A stretch of DNA of 64,000 nucleotides, taken from assembly GCA_963662655.2 (NCBI GenBank), contig CAXXTU010000002.1, forward strand, positions 960,001 to 1,024,000, in the 5' to 3' direction. The stretch is from Candidatus Cloacimonadales bacterium (GTDB taxonomy: Bacteria; Cloacimonadota; Cloacimonadia; Cloacimonadales; JAIOQZ01). Positions 1 through 13,352 of the stretch are shown here, one piece after another. Position 1 is the first letter of the stretch, and every line of letters begins with the position of its first letter. The notes beneath the pieces are model-generated. The model was not told the origin of the DNA, did not search any database, and was given only the letters and a program-made list of their open reading frames with translations. Both the position numbers and the translations under genes were made by a program.

Positions 1-3096
<3,096 letters not shown>

Positions 3097-3380
3097 AGAC
3101 AGGCTGTTTCAACCCACGTACGAATTCCCTGAAGAGCTCTTTTCCGATTTGTGTAAACAACTTTTGGAGAATGTTTCAAGCAATTTCTTCCATTTCGATA
3201 ACCACTATGCCATCCTGAGTGCCGCGAAGCGGTGTATCGAAGGATCATGGAGGATAACCTCAGTAAATGGACATCGCGCCAGGGGGTCATTATAAAATGC
3301 GGGGGTTCCTGGAAATTGTATTATATCTTGACACGTTTATATACTCATTTAGTTATCAGGCAAAAACTAAGGAGTTGCAG

Positions 3381-6300
3381 ATGAAACGAATGACATACGT
3401 AACCTTGATACTTTTCGCCCTGACGCTTGGGCAGCTCTCCGCTGAAATTGGATGGTGTGGAAACATCTGGCCTAATTCCGGATCAAGTCACCCCAATGGA
3501 CAAGGAATCACCGTCTATTTCCAGATGTGGAAAGACGGTGTAACCAACACACCCGGTCAGGGAGAGAACCTCTCCGCTTCGCTCTACTACCGCATCTCGG
3601 GTTCCGCTGAGTACATTGCGATCGACATGCCGTATTTCGGAGAAGTCGGTAACAATGACGAGTATTCCACGACGATCCCCAACGAGGTGTTCGCTGCCGG
3701 CGATACTGTGGAATTCCTCTGCGAAGCATACGACGCCTCCGATGAGACCTATGCGTACGGATCAGACCAGAATGGCTCCGGGCCCTTTACTTTCGAAGCT
3801 CCGGGAAACTACATCATTATCAATGAAACCATACAGGACGTCGCCGTCACCTTCCAGGTAAACATGGAACTGCTCGAACCGGTCGAACAGGCCTACGTCG
3901 CCGGATCGTTCAATGGCTGGAACGCGACAGCCACCCCGATGTCCGACGACAACGACGACATGATCTGGGAAGCGACCGTGACCATCCCGTCCGGCTCCAA
4001 CCCCGGGCAGGAATACAAGTTCATCAACGGAGCCGACTGGGAGAGCGTGAGTAACCGCAGCTTCATCGTCGACGATTCGCAGACCACCCAGGAACTGCCC
4101 GTCGTGTGGTTCAACGATCAGGAACCATCCGATGAATTCGCTACGGTTACGTTTATCCTGGATGCCTCCAGTGTGAGCTCCTACACGGGCTTCAATCTCA
4201 AGGGAAGCTGGGACGCCGCAGGCTTCTTCGATTCCTCATGGAACAACGGCGAAGAGCATACCCCCTTCTACAACGACGGAACGCACGGCGATACGATCCC
4301 CAATGACGATCAGTGGGCCGCTCAGATGGAACTCGTTCCAGATGACGGCGCAAACCAATGGCAGTGGGGCGTCACGGATCAGGATCATTACTGGATCAAC
4401 GGCAACTTCGCGTTCACGGTGCAGGACACAACATCTCAAACGCTCTTCTACCAACTCGAATCCACTTGCAGTATCGTCGGGTATGTTTACGACAACAACA
4501 ACAGCGCGCCGATCGCCGGAGCAACCGTTACGATTGGCGGCGAAACAGCCACGACGGAAGAATCCGGCGGCTTTGCCATCCGTCTTGTACCGCCGGGAGT
4601 CTACGACCTCCAGGTTACCGCCGATGGCTATGTAACCTACCTGAGCGAAGATCACAGCTTCCCGGAGGGCAACCTTTTTCTGCAAATCGGACTCACGGCT
4701 GTCGGAGAAATCCAGCCCCCCATCAACCTGAGCGCGATCGAGAACGACGCCCAGATCGTCTTGAACTGGGATGTTCCACCGGTTCGCGAACTCCTTGGCT
4801 ACAACGTCTACCGCGACGCTCAGCAGATCAACGAAGGACTCGTCACCGAAACCACGTTCACCGACAACGCAGTCGCAAATTTCACGACCTATATCTATTA
4901 TGTGACCGCGATGTACACGCAGGGCGAATCCGCTCCATCCGCGACCATCCAGGCGACGCCACACCCGGAAACGGTTCTGCTGCCGTCCATTGTGGGTGAT
5001 TTCAACAACTGGGATCCCGCCAATCCGGATTTCCTGCTCGTTCTGAACGACAACGGCGTCTGGACACTCACGATCGAGCTCCAGGCGGGAACTTACGACT
5101 ACAAAGCAACCGAGACGAACGATTGGACCGCAGATTTCCCGACCGCAAATCAATCGTTCACCCTCGACACCGATCAATCGGTTACATTCATGGCAAACCT
5201 TGGCGCGACCGCTGGGGTGCGTGAAGGCGACGAGTTTGTCACCCACGCGAATCCGGTCGTCGTCGGAAGCTTCATCTCGGAGCTTGGGGGCGTTGACTGG
5301 GATCCTGCCGACCTCACCGGCGAGATGGTCGATTCGAACGATGACGGCATCTTCGAGTGGGGCGCGGTGATCCCTGAAGGCACTTGGGAATTCAAGATAA
5401 CGCTGAATCATAATTGGGATCAGGCTACGACCTCGAACAACATCGGATTCGTGTCCGATGGAATCTCCGAAACGCAAATCACCTACGATATGGCGACCAA
5501 CGCCATCGAGACCAACGCTATCACACCTCCCGCTGCATCGATCACCTTCACTATCGACGACAGCGGGATCGAGTACTTCGAGGGATACTATCTTCTGGGA
5601 ACATGGGATACCGAAACCGGCATGTTCGACCCGAACTGGGATGGCGGCGCGGAACATACTCCATTCTACGACGATGGAACGCATGGCGACGCTACCGCCA
5701 ACGATCACATCTTCACGGTTACGGTCGATCTGATCAGCGACGGAGGAAGCAATACTTGGGAATGGGGATTCAACGACCAGAATCACGTTTGGCTTTTCGG
5801 CAACTTCGAGTTCAGCGTAGCGGACAGCGCCGCGCAAACTCTTTCATATATTATACCGACAACCGGCACCGTTAACGGAACCGTGACCAACTCCATCACA
5901 GAAGAACCGCTTGTGGGCGCTACGGTTCAGCTCATCGGCGGGTCCACAACCCAAACGGACGACAGCGGCCATTACTCGATCGAAGCAACCGTAGGGACTT
6001 ATACGATGATCTGCTCTTTCGTTAATTACGGTACGCAAACCATCGACGGCTTCAATGTGCCGTTCAATGCAGCCGTAACTCAGGATTTCGAACTGGTTCG
6101 CGAGCTGCACGCGCCGATCAACCTTGCCGCCGAAGAAGGCAACCAGCAAGTCACGCTCACGTGGGAAATGCCCGGAGCGACGTCACGAAGAAACAATAGC
6201 GCAAGCAGGAGCCGCGATCTCATCGGTTATAAGGTATACCGGGACGACGAGAGCGTCGCTACGTTGGGCCTGGTCGATCCGCTCGAATATATCGATACCG

Positions 6301-6707
6301 GGCTGACGAACAATCAAACCTACACCTATTACGTCACGGCAAACTACGAAGAAGGCGAATCGCTTCCTTCCAACTCCGTTGACGCCACGCCACACACGAT
6401 GTCCGGATCTGCTAGCGATATGATCCCGACGCAGACGGCGCTTCTGGGGAATCACCCCAATCCGTTCAACCCGGAAACGACCATCCGCTTCGCGCTGGCC
6501 CACGATTCCCGTGTCAGAATCGACATCGTGAACGTTCGAGGCCAGATCGTGAGAACCGTGCTCGATGATCCGGTGAAAGCCGGATATCACAGCACGGCGT
6601 GGGACGGAACCGATCAGACGGGAAAATCCGCGGCGTCCGGAGTATATTTCACTCGAATCACAGCCGACGGCAAACAGCAACTGAAGAAAATTGTCCTGAT
6701 AAAATAA
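3381..6707 (+). CDS. Secreted multidomain protein: starch-binding-like (CBM20/48-type) modules, two DG.HGD..ND repeat domains, carboxypeptidase-regulatory-like, FN3, C-terminal FlgD-Ig domain
   Basis: Signal peptide after an AAGGAG RBS; VAGSFNGWN...QEYKF; FYNDGTHGDTIPNDD and FYDDGTHGDATANDH; FN3 GYNVYRD...YYVTA; NHPNPFNP tail. Confidence 0.8.
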   Translation: MKRMTYVTLILFALTLGQLSAEIGWCGNIWPNSGSSHPNGQGITVYFQMWKDGVTNTPGQGENLSASLYYRISGSAEYIAIDMPYFGEVGNNDEYSTTIPNEVFAAGDTVEFLCEAYDASDETYAYGSDQNGSGPFTFEAPGNYIIINETIQDVAVTFQVNMELLEPVEQAYVAGSFNGWNATATPMSDDNDDMIWEATVTIPSGSNPGQEYKFINGADWESVSNRSFIVDDSQTTQELPVVWFNDQEPSDEFATVTFILDASSVSSYTGFNLKGSWDAAGFFDSSWNNGEEHTPFYNDGTHGDTIPNDDQWAAQMELVPDDGANQWQWGVTDQDHYWINGNFAFTVQDTTSQTLFYQLESTCSIVGYVYDNNNSAPIAGATVTIGGETATTEESGGFAIRLVPPGVYDLQVTADGYVTYLSEDHSFPEGNLFLQIGLTAVGEIQPPINLSAIENDAQIVLNWDVPPVRELLGYNVYRDAQQINEGLVTETTFTDNAVANFTTYIYYVTAMYTQGESAPSATIQATPHPETVLLPSIVGDFNNWDPANPDFLLVLNDNGVWTLTIELQAGTYDYKATETNDWTADFPTANQSFTLDTDQSVTFMANLGATAGVREGDEFVTHANPVVVGSFISELGGVDWDPADLTGEMVDSNDDGIFEWGAVIPEGTWEFKITLNHNWDQATTSNNIGFVSDGISETQITYDMATNAIETNAITPPAASITFTIDDSGIEYFEGYYLLGTWDTETGMFDPNWDGGAEHTPFYDDGTHGDATANDHIFTVTVDLISDGGSNTWEWGFNDQNHVWLFGNFEFSVADSAAQTLSYIIPTTGTVNGTVTNSITEEPLVGATVQLIGGSTTQTDDSGHYSIEATVGTYTMICSFVNYGTQTIDGFNVPFNAAVTQDFELVRELHAPINLAAEEGNQQVTLTWEMPGATSRRNNSASRSRDLIGYKVYRDDESVATLGLVDPLEYIDTGLTNNQTYTYYVTANYEEGESLPSNSVDATPHTMSGSASDMIPTQTALLGNHPNPFNPETTIRFALAHDSRVRIDIVNVRGQIVRTVLDDPVKAGYHSTAWDGTDQTGKSAASGVYFTRITADGKQQLKKIVLIK

Positions 6708-6721
6708 TGGATAACCCTTTG

Positions 6722-6755
6722 AAAGAAACCTCCGTGCAAAAGCGGAGGTTTCTTT
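6722..6755. terminator. Rho-independent terminator
   Basis: AAAGAAACCTCCG-tgcaaaag-CGGAGGTTTCTTT perfect stem just after the 6707 stop. Confidence 0.85.
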
Positions 6756-6971
6756 ATATCTACCTGCGATTTATGAAATTCCGTAAATATACAATTGGCG
6801 GCGCTGACAGAATCATAGCGAATCCAATTCAGTATTTTGCGTTATAACAAGCCTCTGGGCAATAAATTAATTGACAAACAGTGGAAAAACTGGATTTTAT
6901 TGATAGAAGTTCAACGAACAAATGATCGTGCGGGAGCGATTCCCCAGCGTTCTTTGATTGGAGCAACAAGT

Positions 6972-8312
6972 ATGGAAAAGATTTACGTACTGGATACGAA
7001 TGTTCTCATTCACGATCCACAAGCACTATTCGCGTTTGAAGAAAATCGCGTGGTTATACCGATAACGGTTATCGAGGAAATTGACAACTTCAAGAAAGGG
7101 CTCGACGAGAAGGGCCGTAACGCACGTCAGATCGGGCGATATCTCGATCAACTCCGTCAGAAAGGAAGCCTCCAGGATGGCGTGAGGACCGATAAGGGTG
7201 GCTTGATCCAGGTTGCCCTGAGTCGCAAGATTTCGGAAACGGCAAGCGACGTCCTGATATTCGATACCAACGACAATCTTATCATCGGTACCGCCTTGTT
7301 CTTCCAGAAGAAGTACAGCGATTCAGAAGTGATCCTCGTTTCCAAGGACGCCAATGTTCGTATCAAGGCAAACGCGGTGAAGCTTCAAGCACAGAATTTC
7401 GAATCGGACCACATCAAGTTCGAGGAACTCTATACGGGCGTTACAGACCTGATTCTCACCGAGAAGCAGTACAGCGACTTCAAGGACAGGGAATATCTCA
7501 CGCGGCGGAATTTCGCTTTCTATCCCAACCAGTTTGTGAGGGTCATCAACAAGAAGAAGCCTACCGAGCACACGCTCACCCGATTCGCAGCGTCGACGAA
7601 AACCCTGTATCCACTTGCGTATTTTAAAGGGCAGAAGGTCTTCGGAATTACGGCACGGAACGAGGAACAAGCGATGGCGTTCGATCTCCTGCTGGATGAC
7701 GAAGTGAAGATGGTGAGTCTGGCAGGAAAAGCAGGAACGGGTAAAACGCTGATTGCGATCGCTGCCGGACTGAATCAGGTGATGGAAGAGAACCGCTACA
7801 CTCGGCTGGTAATCTCCCGCCCGATCTCCCCTCTCGGTAAGGATCTGGGATTTCTCCCGGGCTCGAAGGCGGAGAAATTCAATCCGTGGATGCAGCCCAT
7901 CTACGATAACATGGAGATTCTGCTGCTCGGGCACGAAGACCACATGGACAACGGCAAGATTTTCGGCAAGAAGCGCCCGTCGCTCGACGAGTACCTCGAT
8001 TACGGATTCATCGAGCTGGAACCGCTTACGTACATACGCGGCAGAAGCTTGCCCAATCAATACATCATCATAGACGAAGCGCAAAACCTTTCCCCCCACG
8101 AGATGAAGACAATCATTACTCGCGCGGGTGAGGGCACCAAGATTGTGCTTACCGGAGATCCTTATCAGATCGATATCCCCTACCTCGATTCAGAAAGCAA
8201 TGGCCTGAGCGTCGTTGTCGAGAAGCTCAAGGGAGAAGATATCGTCGGACACGTAACCCTGGAAAAAGGCGAAAGATCGAAGCTCGCGGATATTGCCGCC
8301 AAATACTTCTGA
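6972..8312 (+). CDS. PhoH family protein (PIN + PhoH ATPase, PhoH2/YlaK type)
   Basis: VLDTNVLIHD PIN motif; GKAGTGKT Walker A; LGFLPG, YIRGRSL, IIDEAQN. Confidence 0.93.
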   Translation: MEKIYVLDTNVLIHDPQALFAFEENRVVIPITVIEEIDNFKKGLDEKGRNARQIGRYLDQLRQKGSLQDGVRTDKGGLIQVALSRKISETASDVLIFDTNDNLIIGTALFFQKKYSDSEVILVSKDANVRIKANAVKLQAQNFESDHIKFEELYTGVTDLILTEKQYSDFKDREYLTRRNFAFYPNQFVRVINKKKPTEHTLTRFAASTKTLYPLAYFKGQKVFGITARNEEQAMAFDLLLDDEVKMVSLAGKAGTGKTLIAIAAGLNQVMEENRYTRLVISRPISPLGKDLGFLPGSKAEKFNPWMQPIYDNMEILLLGHEDHMDNGKIFGKKRPSLDEYLDYGFIELEPLTYIRGRSLPNQYIIIDEAQNLSPHEMKTIITRAGEGTKIVLTGDPYQIDIPYLDSESNGLSVVVEKLKGEDIVGHVTLEKGERSKLADIAAKYF

Positions 8313-9514
8313 TGACCGAACTGCAAGCGAATTACGACCTGATCGATGTCGAGAAGCTTTCCATCGGTATGTGCCTGGCGCGTCCGGTACATAACGAATT
8401 TGGATTGAAATTGCTCGATGCCGGAGTTTACATCAATTCGGAGAACCAGATTGAGAAACTCCGAGACGGGGGCGTGCGCAAAGTATTTATCACCAAGGAT
8501 CAGAGCCAAGTCAGTACGCTTAGCACACACGACCAGAAGGTTGCCGAGAAAGAGTTCCGCGACGAGGTCGAAAACCCCGACAAGATCATGAAGAGCCTCA
8601 AGCAGGAACTCGCGGTTGCGAGGAACATATACAGTTCCGCGCAGACAGTTATCGACGATGTACTACACAATGTCCGCATGGGAAAGAACATCGACAACAC
8701 CGCAGTCAAGGACGCGGCGAGCCACCTGATCGAGAGCGTCGTCACGAATCCCTATGCGCTGATGAGCATGGTCAATCTGAAGCGAACCGACGAATACACC
8801 TTCAACCACAGCGTAAACGTTACGGCTATTTCTCTCGCCATCGCCACCCATCTATCCATGACTCCAGAGCAGCTCGACCACATCGGGGTCGGCGCGTTGA
8901 TGCACGATGTCGGCAAAGCCAAGATCGATATCAACATCATCAACAAGCCCGGCAGGCTAACAGACGAAGAGTTCGACATCATGCAGCGACATACGGTTTA
9001 CGGCTTCGAGATATGCAAACGCGAGAAGCTGAAAGACGAGGTTGTACTCGATATCGTCCGCCACCATCACGAAGCCTACAACGGTGAAGGATATCCCGAC
9101 CGGCTTTCGCGTCGTAGCATCAGCAAGTACGCAGCGCTAGTCTCCATCGCGGATTTCTACGATGCACTGACGACCGAGAGAAGCTACAAGAAATCGATGA
9201 AGCCGGCCGAATCGATCAATTTCCTGCATAAAATGTCCAACAGCAAGTTCGACAGACGCCTGGTGTTTCATTTCATCAAGGTGATGGGAATCTATCCCGT
9301 GGGAAGCGTGCTCAAGCTCAATTCGGGGCGCATCGGAATCGTGGTGGGTTTCTCCAGGAAGAATCTGCTTCACCCTATCCTCAAGATAATGGTCAACGAA
9401 GACGGCTCTTTCAATAAAGAGCACGAGACGTTGCTTCTACACGAAGCCGAGGATTTCATCACGGAGCTCAACCCGAACTACCGCTTCCTGGGCAACCTCG
9501 AGGATATCCTGTAA
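8312..9514 (+). CDS. HD-GYP domain phosphodiesterase
   Basis: YTFNHSVNV, LMHDVGK, HHHEAYNGEGYP, ADFYDALTTERSYK. Confidence 0.92.
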   Translation: MTELQANYDLIDVEKLSIGMCLARPVHNEFGLKLLDAGVYINSENQIEKLRDGGVRKVFITKDQSQVSTLSTHDQKVAEKEFRDEVENPDKIMKSLKQELAVARNIYSSAQTVIDDVLHNVRMGKNIDNTAVKDAASHLIESVVTNPYALMSMVNLKRTDEYTFNHSVNVTAISLAIATHLSMTPEQLDHIGVGALMHDVGKAKIDINIINKPGRLTDEEFDIMQRHTVYGFEICKREKLKDEVVLDIVRHHHEAYNGEGYPDRLSRRSISKYAALVSIADFYDALTTERSYKKSMKPAESINFLHKMSNSKFDRRLVFHFIKVMGIYPVGSVLKLNSGRIGIVVGFSRKNLLHPILKIMVNEDGSFNKEHETLLLHEAEDFITELNPNYRFLGNLEDIL

Positions 9515-11457
9515 TGAGCATCTCCGACCGTAGCTGGACAGAGATCGATCTTTCCGCCTATCACTGGAATCTGGAGCAACTCAGGCAGTTCATTGATCCC
9601 CAGACCCGTATCATGCAGATCGTTAAAGCGGATGCCTACGGTCACGGAGCCTACGAGATCAGCAAAGCAGCCATCGAGGCCGGTGTCGATTTCCTTGGCG
9701 TGGCTAACGCCGAGGAGGGTGCGTTGCTGCGCTACCGTGGCATCGAAAAACCCATCCTCATTCTCTCGCCGTCCTTCGAAAGCGAGATCGATGTAATCCT
9801 GGAATACCACTTAATCCCGACCGTTACGGACATTGCTTTTGCTGAAGCGCTCGACAAGGCTGCACATAAGCAAATCTGTCCCATCCACATCAACATCGAT
9901 ACCGGCATGGGAAGAAGTGGAATCCACCACACGGAAGCAACAGAAGTCATTCAGCACATCGCACGACTGCAAAATCTTCGCATCGATGGACTGTTTTCGC
10001 ATTTCTCTAGCAGCGAGGACGATGAGGCTGCTACGAACGAGCAATACAGGACATTTTTATCGGTTCTCGACCGGCTCAGAGAGCTCGTTCAGCCCGGGTG
10101 GCTCCACATCAGCAACAGCGCGGGAGTAATGGCTCTTCCCGACAGGATCGCCTCCGACGCCGCAGGGATATTCCCGCAGGCGAAAACGCTGGTCAGGCTC
10201 GGACTCCTCACCTACGGGGTATATCCGCATCCGGCCCTCGCGAGCAGAATCGACCTCAAGCCGGTGATGACGTTCAAGACGCGCATCGGCCAGATCAAGA
10301 AGGCGTTCCCCGGGGAGTCGATCGGGTACAATCGCACGTATTCGGTCGAAAAAAATATCCGCTATGCGATTCTGCCAGTGGGCTATGCGGACGGCTACGA
10401 TTTCCTCTTCTCCAATCGCGGAAAAGTGCAAATCGGCCAGTTTATTTGCCCCGTCCTGGGCAAGGTAAGCATGGATATGATCGCCGTCTCGCTCGAAGGT
10501 GTGCCCAGCGTGCAGATCGGAGATGAAGTGACGATCATCGGCGGGAATCGAGACGCGCTTCGCGTCGAGAACCTCGTCAAGCTCTATCAGGGAAGTTGCT
10601 ACGAGCTGATGTGTCAGGTCGGGCGACGTGCCAGAAGGTATTACATCGACCAGCAGCAGATCATCTCCTCTGCTCCGCTCGCGCGACGCGAGTTCTTCTC
10701 GCCGGACTTCTCAGACAAGCGCCTCAACCGCATCATCGAGGCGTCGATCAGTCAGAGGCTGGAGAGCAAGGAGATCGCGGGGATCATCTACCAGGACATC
10801 CTCAGTCGCTTTTTCCGCGACAAGGACCACGACATCTGCTACCGTGAAGATTTCGAGCATACCATCGAGTTCATCGAGCCGGAACGCGACCGCAAACATC
10901 CCGCAGACCCGAATCGATACCTGATTACACGTACCGAGCTATCGTTCCGAAAGCAACTGCAACACGACTACTTTATCGTTGCCTGCGCCAACAGCGAGGA
11001 TGATCTCCAGCGCTATTTCGAGCGAAACGACGTGGAATATCGCTGGCTTTTAGACGATTCATTTTCGCTCGACGAAGCCTTGTTCGAGGTGATCTCTCCC
11101 AAAATTAACGATCTCGCCCTGCAAACATCGAAACGCATTCACGACGGCTGTATCGAGATTCGCTGCTCGCATCCAAAGCTACGCGAACTCATCGGCAAAG
11201 AAGTGCGCTTCAACGTCCCGACACAGACATGGTACCCGAGGTCATCCCACCAACTTTCCGTGTTCATCAACGAACCGACGCGGGGAGTCGCCATCGAATT
11301 CCGCTATCCAGAGTGCATCGAGCATGTCGATCCCGTGGCGATTTTCGCCGGAAACACGCGTTTTCCAACAATTCATAAAGAGCGTAGAAGCATAAGCGTA
11401 TCGGTTTCAAAAGACAAATGGGTGTTCCCCAACAGCGGAATCGTATTTAGCTACTAA
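9514..11457 (+). CDS. alr: Alanine racemase with ~270-aa C-terminal extension
   Basis: IVKADAYGHG PLP lysine, IDTGMGRSG, HISNSAG, PVGYADGY, LGKVSMD; the racemase fold ends near aa 377 of 647. Confidence 0.9.
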   Translation: MSISDRSWTEIDLSAYHWNLEQLRQFIDPQTRIMQIVKADAYGHGAYEISKAAIEAGVDFLGVANAEEGALLRYRGIEKPILILSPSFESEIDVILEYHLIPTVTDIAFAEALDKAAHKQICPIHINIDTGMGRSGIHHTEATEVIQHIARLQNLRIDGLFSHFSSSEDDEAATNEQYRTFLSVLDRLRELVQPGWLHISNSAGVMALPDRIASDAAGIFPQAKTLVRLGLLTYGVYPHPALASRIDLKPVMTFKTRIGQIKKAFPGESIGYNRTYSVEKNIRYAILPVGYADGYDFLFSNRGKVQIGQFICPVLGKVSMDMIAVSLEGVPSVQIGDEVTIIGGNRDALRVENLVKLYQGSCYELMCQVGRRARRYYIDQQQIISSAPLARREFFSPDFSDKRLNRIIEASISQRLESKEIAGIIYQDILSRFFRDKDHDICYREDFEHTIEFIEPERDRKHPADPNRYLITRTELSFRKQLQHDYFIVACANSEDDLQRYFERNDVEYRWLLDDSFSLDEALFEVISPKINDLALQTSKRIHDGCIEIRCSHPKLRELIGKEVRFNVPTQTWYPRSSHQLSVFINEPTRGVAIEFRYPECIEHVDPVAIFAGNTRFPTIHKERRSISVSVSKDKWVFPNSGIVFSY

Positions 11458-11470
11458 TTAATCACAGGAG

Positions 11471-11854
11471 GTGATGATGTCACCGGAACAACTTACTTCG
11501 ATGATCGTGACGGTCTCCACCATTATTGTTACCATAGGTGTTCTCTTCGGAGTCATGGTTTTTAATCGCAAGCGCAACAAGTTCGTTACCGTCAGCAAGG
11601 AAGAGGCGCAAAATCTCCCCACCTACCGCTGCCCGAAATGTGGCTTCAATATGTCGCCCGGCTATACGTTCACGCAAAGAGGTCTGTACTGGCGAAAGGT
11701 GAACGAAAAGCCGATCGGACGCCTGATGACAAGCGGCAAACTGCAGAACAACACATACAATCTTGGATTCACCCCTGCTGAAAATCGTGCCTGGAAGTGC
11801 GAGCGTTGCCAGATTCTTACCCTTGACATCAGTGAATTGGTGCAGATCAAGTAA
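11471..11854 (+). CDS. Small membrane-anchored Zn-ribbon protein (CPKC...CERC)
   Basis: N-terminal TM helix, two CxxC pairs, GGAG RBS. Confidence 0.65.
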   Translation: MMMSPEQLTSMIVTVSTIIVTIGVLFGVMVFNRKRNKFVTVSKEEAQNLPTYRCPKCGFNMSPGYTFTQRGLYWRKVNEKPIGRLMTSGKLQNNTYNLGFTPAENRAWKCERCQILTLDISELVQIK

Positions 11855-11862
11855 TACGGATA

Positions 11863-11989
11863 GTCGAGAACAGATTCGTCCAATCTAATGCTCCGCCGTG
11901 GTGTTACACGTCCCTTTATTTAGGTTCGATAGTCATCGGGACGTGTTATATCCACGGCGGAGCATTAGATTGGACGAAGATGACTCGAC
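11863..11989 (+). repeat. ~125-nt palindromic structured element, copy 1 of 4
   Basis: Perfect 27-bp stem 11875-11901/11952-11978; inner stem ACACGTCCC/GGGACGTGT; loop contains TCGATAGT. Confidence 0.9.
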
Positions 11990-12006
11990 GTTCGGCTGTT
12001 TGCTCG

Positions 12007-12366
12007 TCATTCCGTGATCATCATCTTTTGCTTCTCGGAGACTATCCTGATAAAAACACGCCGGGGGACGCATACGATCGGGGTTGCCGGAGATGAAGTC
12101 CACCCCTGTTGCACACAGACCTGATGAGGGCAAGTCGAACGCAACATCCGAATCTTTCCTTCGCGGATTTCCGCTGCGATCCCCTCGTCGATTTCAATCA
12201 CCTGATTTTGTTCGAGCCTGTACTGTCCGATCAATCTGTCTCCATAGCGAATCTCGACGATACTCCCTTCGCTGCGGTTGTACACGGCGAAAAGCGCGGA
12301 AGCCACAGCAAGAAACAGCACGATCAGAACAACATCCGCGCGAGTAACGATGAGACGTAGCTTCAT
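12007..12366 (-). CDS. NusG domain II-like (DUF1312/Lin0431) protein
   Basis: N-terminal TM, STCPHQVCVQQGW...IVCVP motif. Confidence 0.8.
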   Translation of the reverse strand: MKLRLIVTRADVVLIVLFLAVASALFAVYNRSEGSIVEIRYGDRLIGQYRLEQNQVIEIDEGIAAEIREGKIRMLRSTCPHQVCVQQGWTSSPATPIVCVPRRVFIRIVSEKQKMMITE

Positions 12367-13352
12367 TTCCAGATTCCGTGAATCGTTGTGGCGCACTGCC
12401 GGCAGCGATTCCCGTCCATTCCGGCAACTTCCACATTGTAACCGCTACGAGCGATCAGCAAATTCCCGCAGGTGGGACAATACGTGTTCGTCCGTTTCTC
12501 GGATATCACATTCCCGAGATAAACATGGCTCAACTTTTTCTTCGCTATGGTAAAAGCCTTTTCAAGCGTAACCACCGGTGTCGGCGGATTTGTCATCTTG
12601 TAGGTAGGATAGTACCTGCTAAAGTGAAGCGGTATTTCCGGATCGACTCCGGCAACGAAGTCGACCAGGCGCTGAATCTCTTCCTCACTGTCATTCTCGT
12701 CGGTAATCAAGAGGTTCGTAACCTCGACCAGGCAGTGCTCGACGGCGGTCTTGATGGTATCGAGAACCGGTTGCAGGGTTCCTCCGCAGATATCTCTGTA
12801 GAAATGCTCCGTGATTGCCTTCAGATCGATATTCATCGCGTCGATGTATGGTAAAAGCTCACGCAGTGGTTCCTGATTGATGTAGCCATTGGAAACGAGT
12901 ATCGATTTATATCCTGCCTCGTGGAGCGCTTTGGATGCGTCCAGAATGAACTCAAACCAGGTTGTCGGCTCGGTATATGTAAAAGCGACCGCAGGGGAAT
13001 TCTCTCGCGAGCAGAGTGTTACCAGATCGTCCATCGTGAAGGAGTGCGCGTAGCATTCTCCCTGGCTGATACTGAAATTCTGGCAGAACGAGCACCGCAG
13101 ATTGCACGAATTATGCCCCACGGAAATGACCTTCGATGTAGGAAGCATGTGAAAAAGCGGCTTCTTCTCGATCGGATCGAGGCTGATGGAAACAGTCTTT
13201 CCATACGTCGCGGCGATCAGAGTTCCGTCCCGGTTGATCCTTGCTCTGCAAATTCCGGTTTTCCCCTCTTGAATGGTACATTCGTGAGGACACAGATGGC
13301 ATACGACGCTGCCATCCCCCATCTTTTTGTAATACATTGCTTCGTGCATCAT
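12363..13352 (-). CDS. AmmeMemoRadiSAM system radical SAM enzyme
   Basis: CHLCPHEC...GICRAR, DPIEKKPLFH, CNLRCSFCQN, FTYTEP, C-terminal CPTCG...CRQC. Confidence 0.9.
   Translation of the reverse strand: MMHEAMYYKKMGDGSVVCHLCPHECTIQEGKTGICRARINRDGTLIAATYGKTVSISLDPIEKKPLFHMLPTSKVISVGHNSCNLRCSFCQNFSISQGECYAHSFTMDDLVTLCSRENSPAVAFTYTEPTTWFEFILDASKALHEAGYKSILVSNGYINQEPLRELLPYIDAMNIDLKAITEHFYRDICGGTLQPVLDTIKTAVEHCLVEVTNLLITDENDSEEEIQRLVDFVAGVDPEIPLHFSRYYPTYKMTNPPTPVVTLEKAFTIAKKKLSHVYLGNVISEKRTNTYCPTCGNLLIARSGYNVEVAGMDGNRCRQCATTIHGIWK

Noticed and set aside
11863..11989. Four-copy hairpins as integron attC sites or plain terminators
   Set aside because: No RYYYAAC/GTTRRRY ends, no cassette arrangement, no U-tracts, and conserved loop bases.
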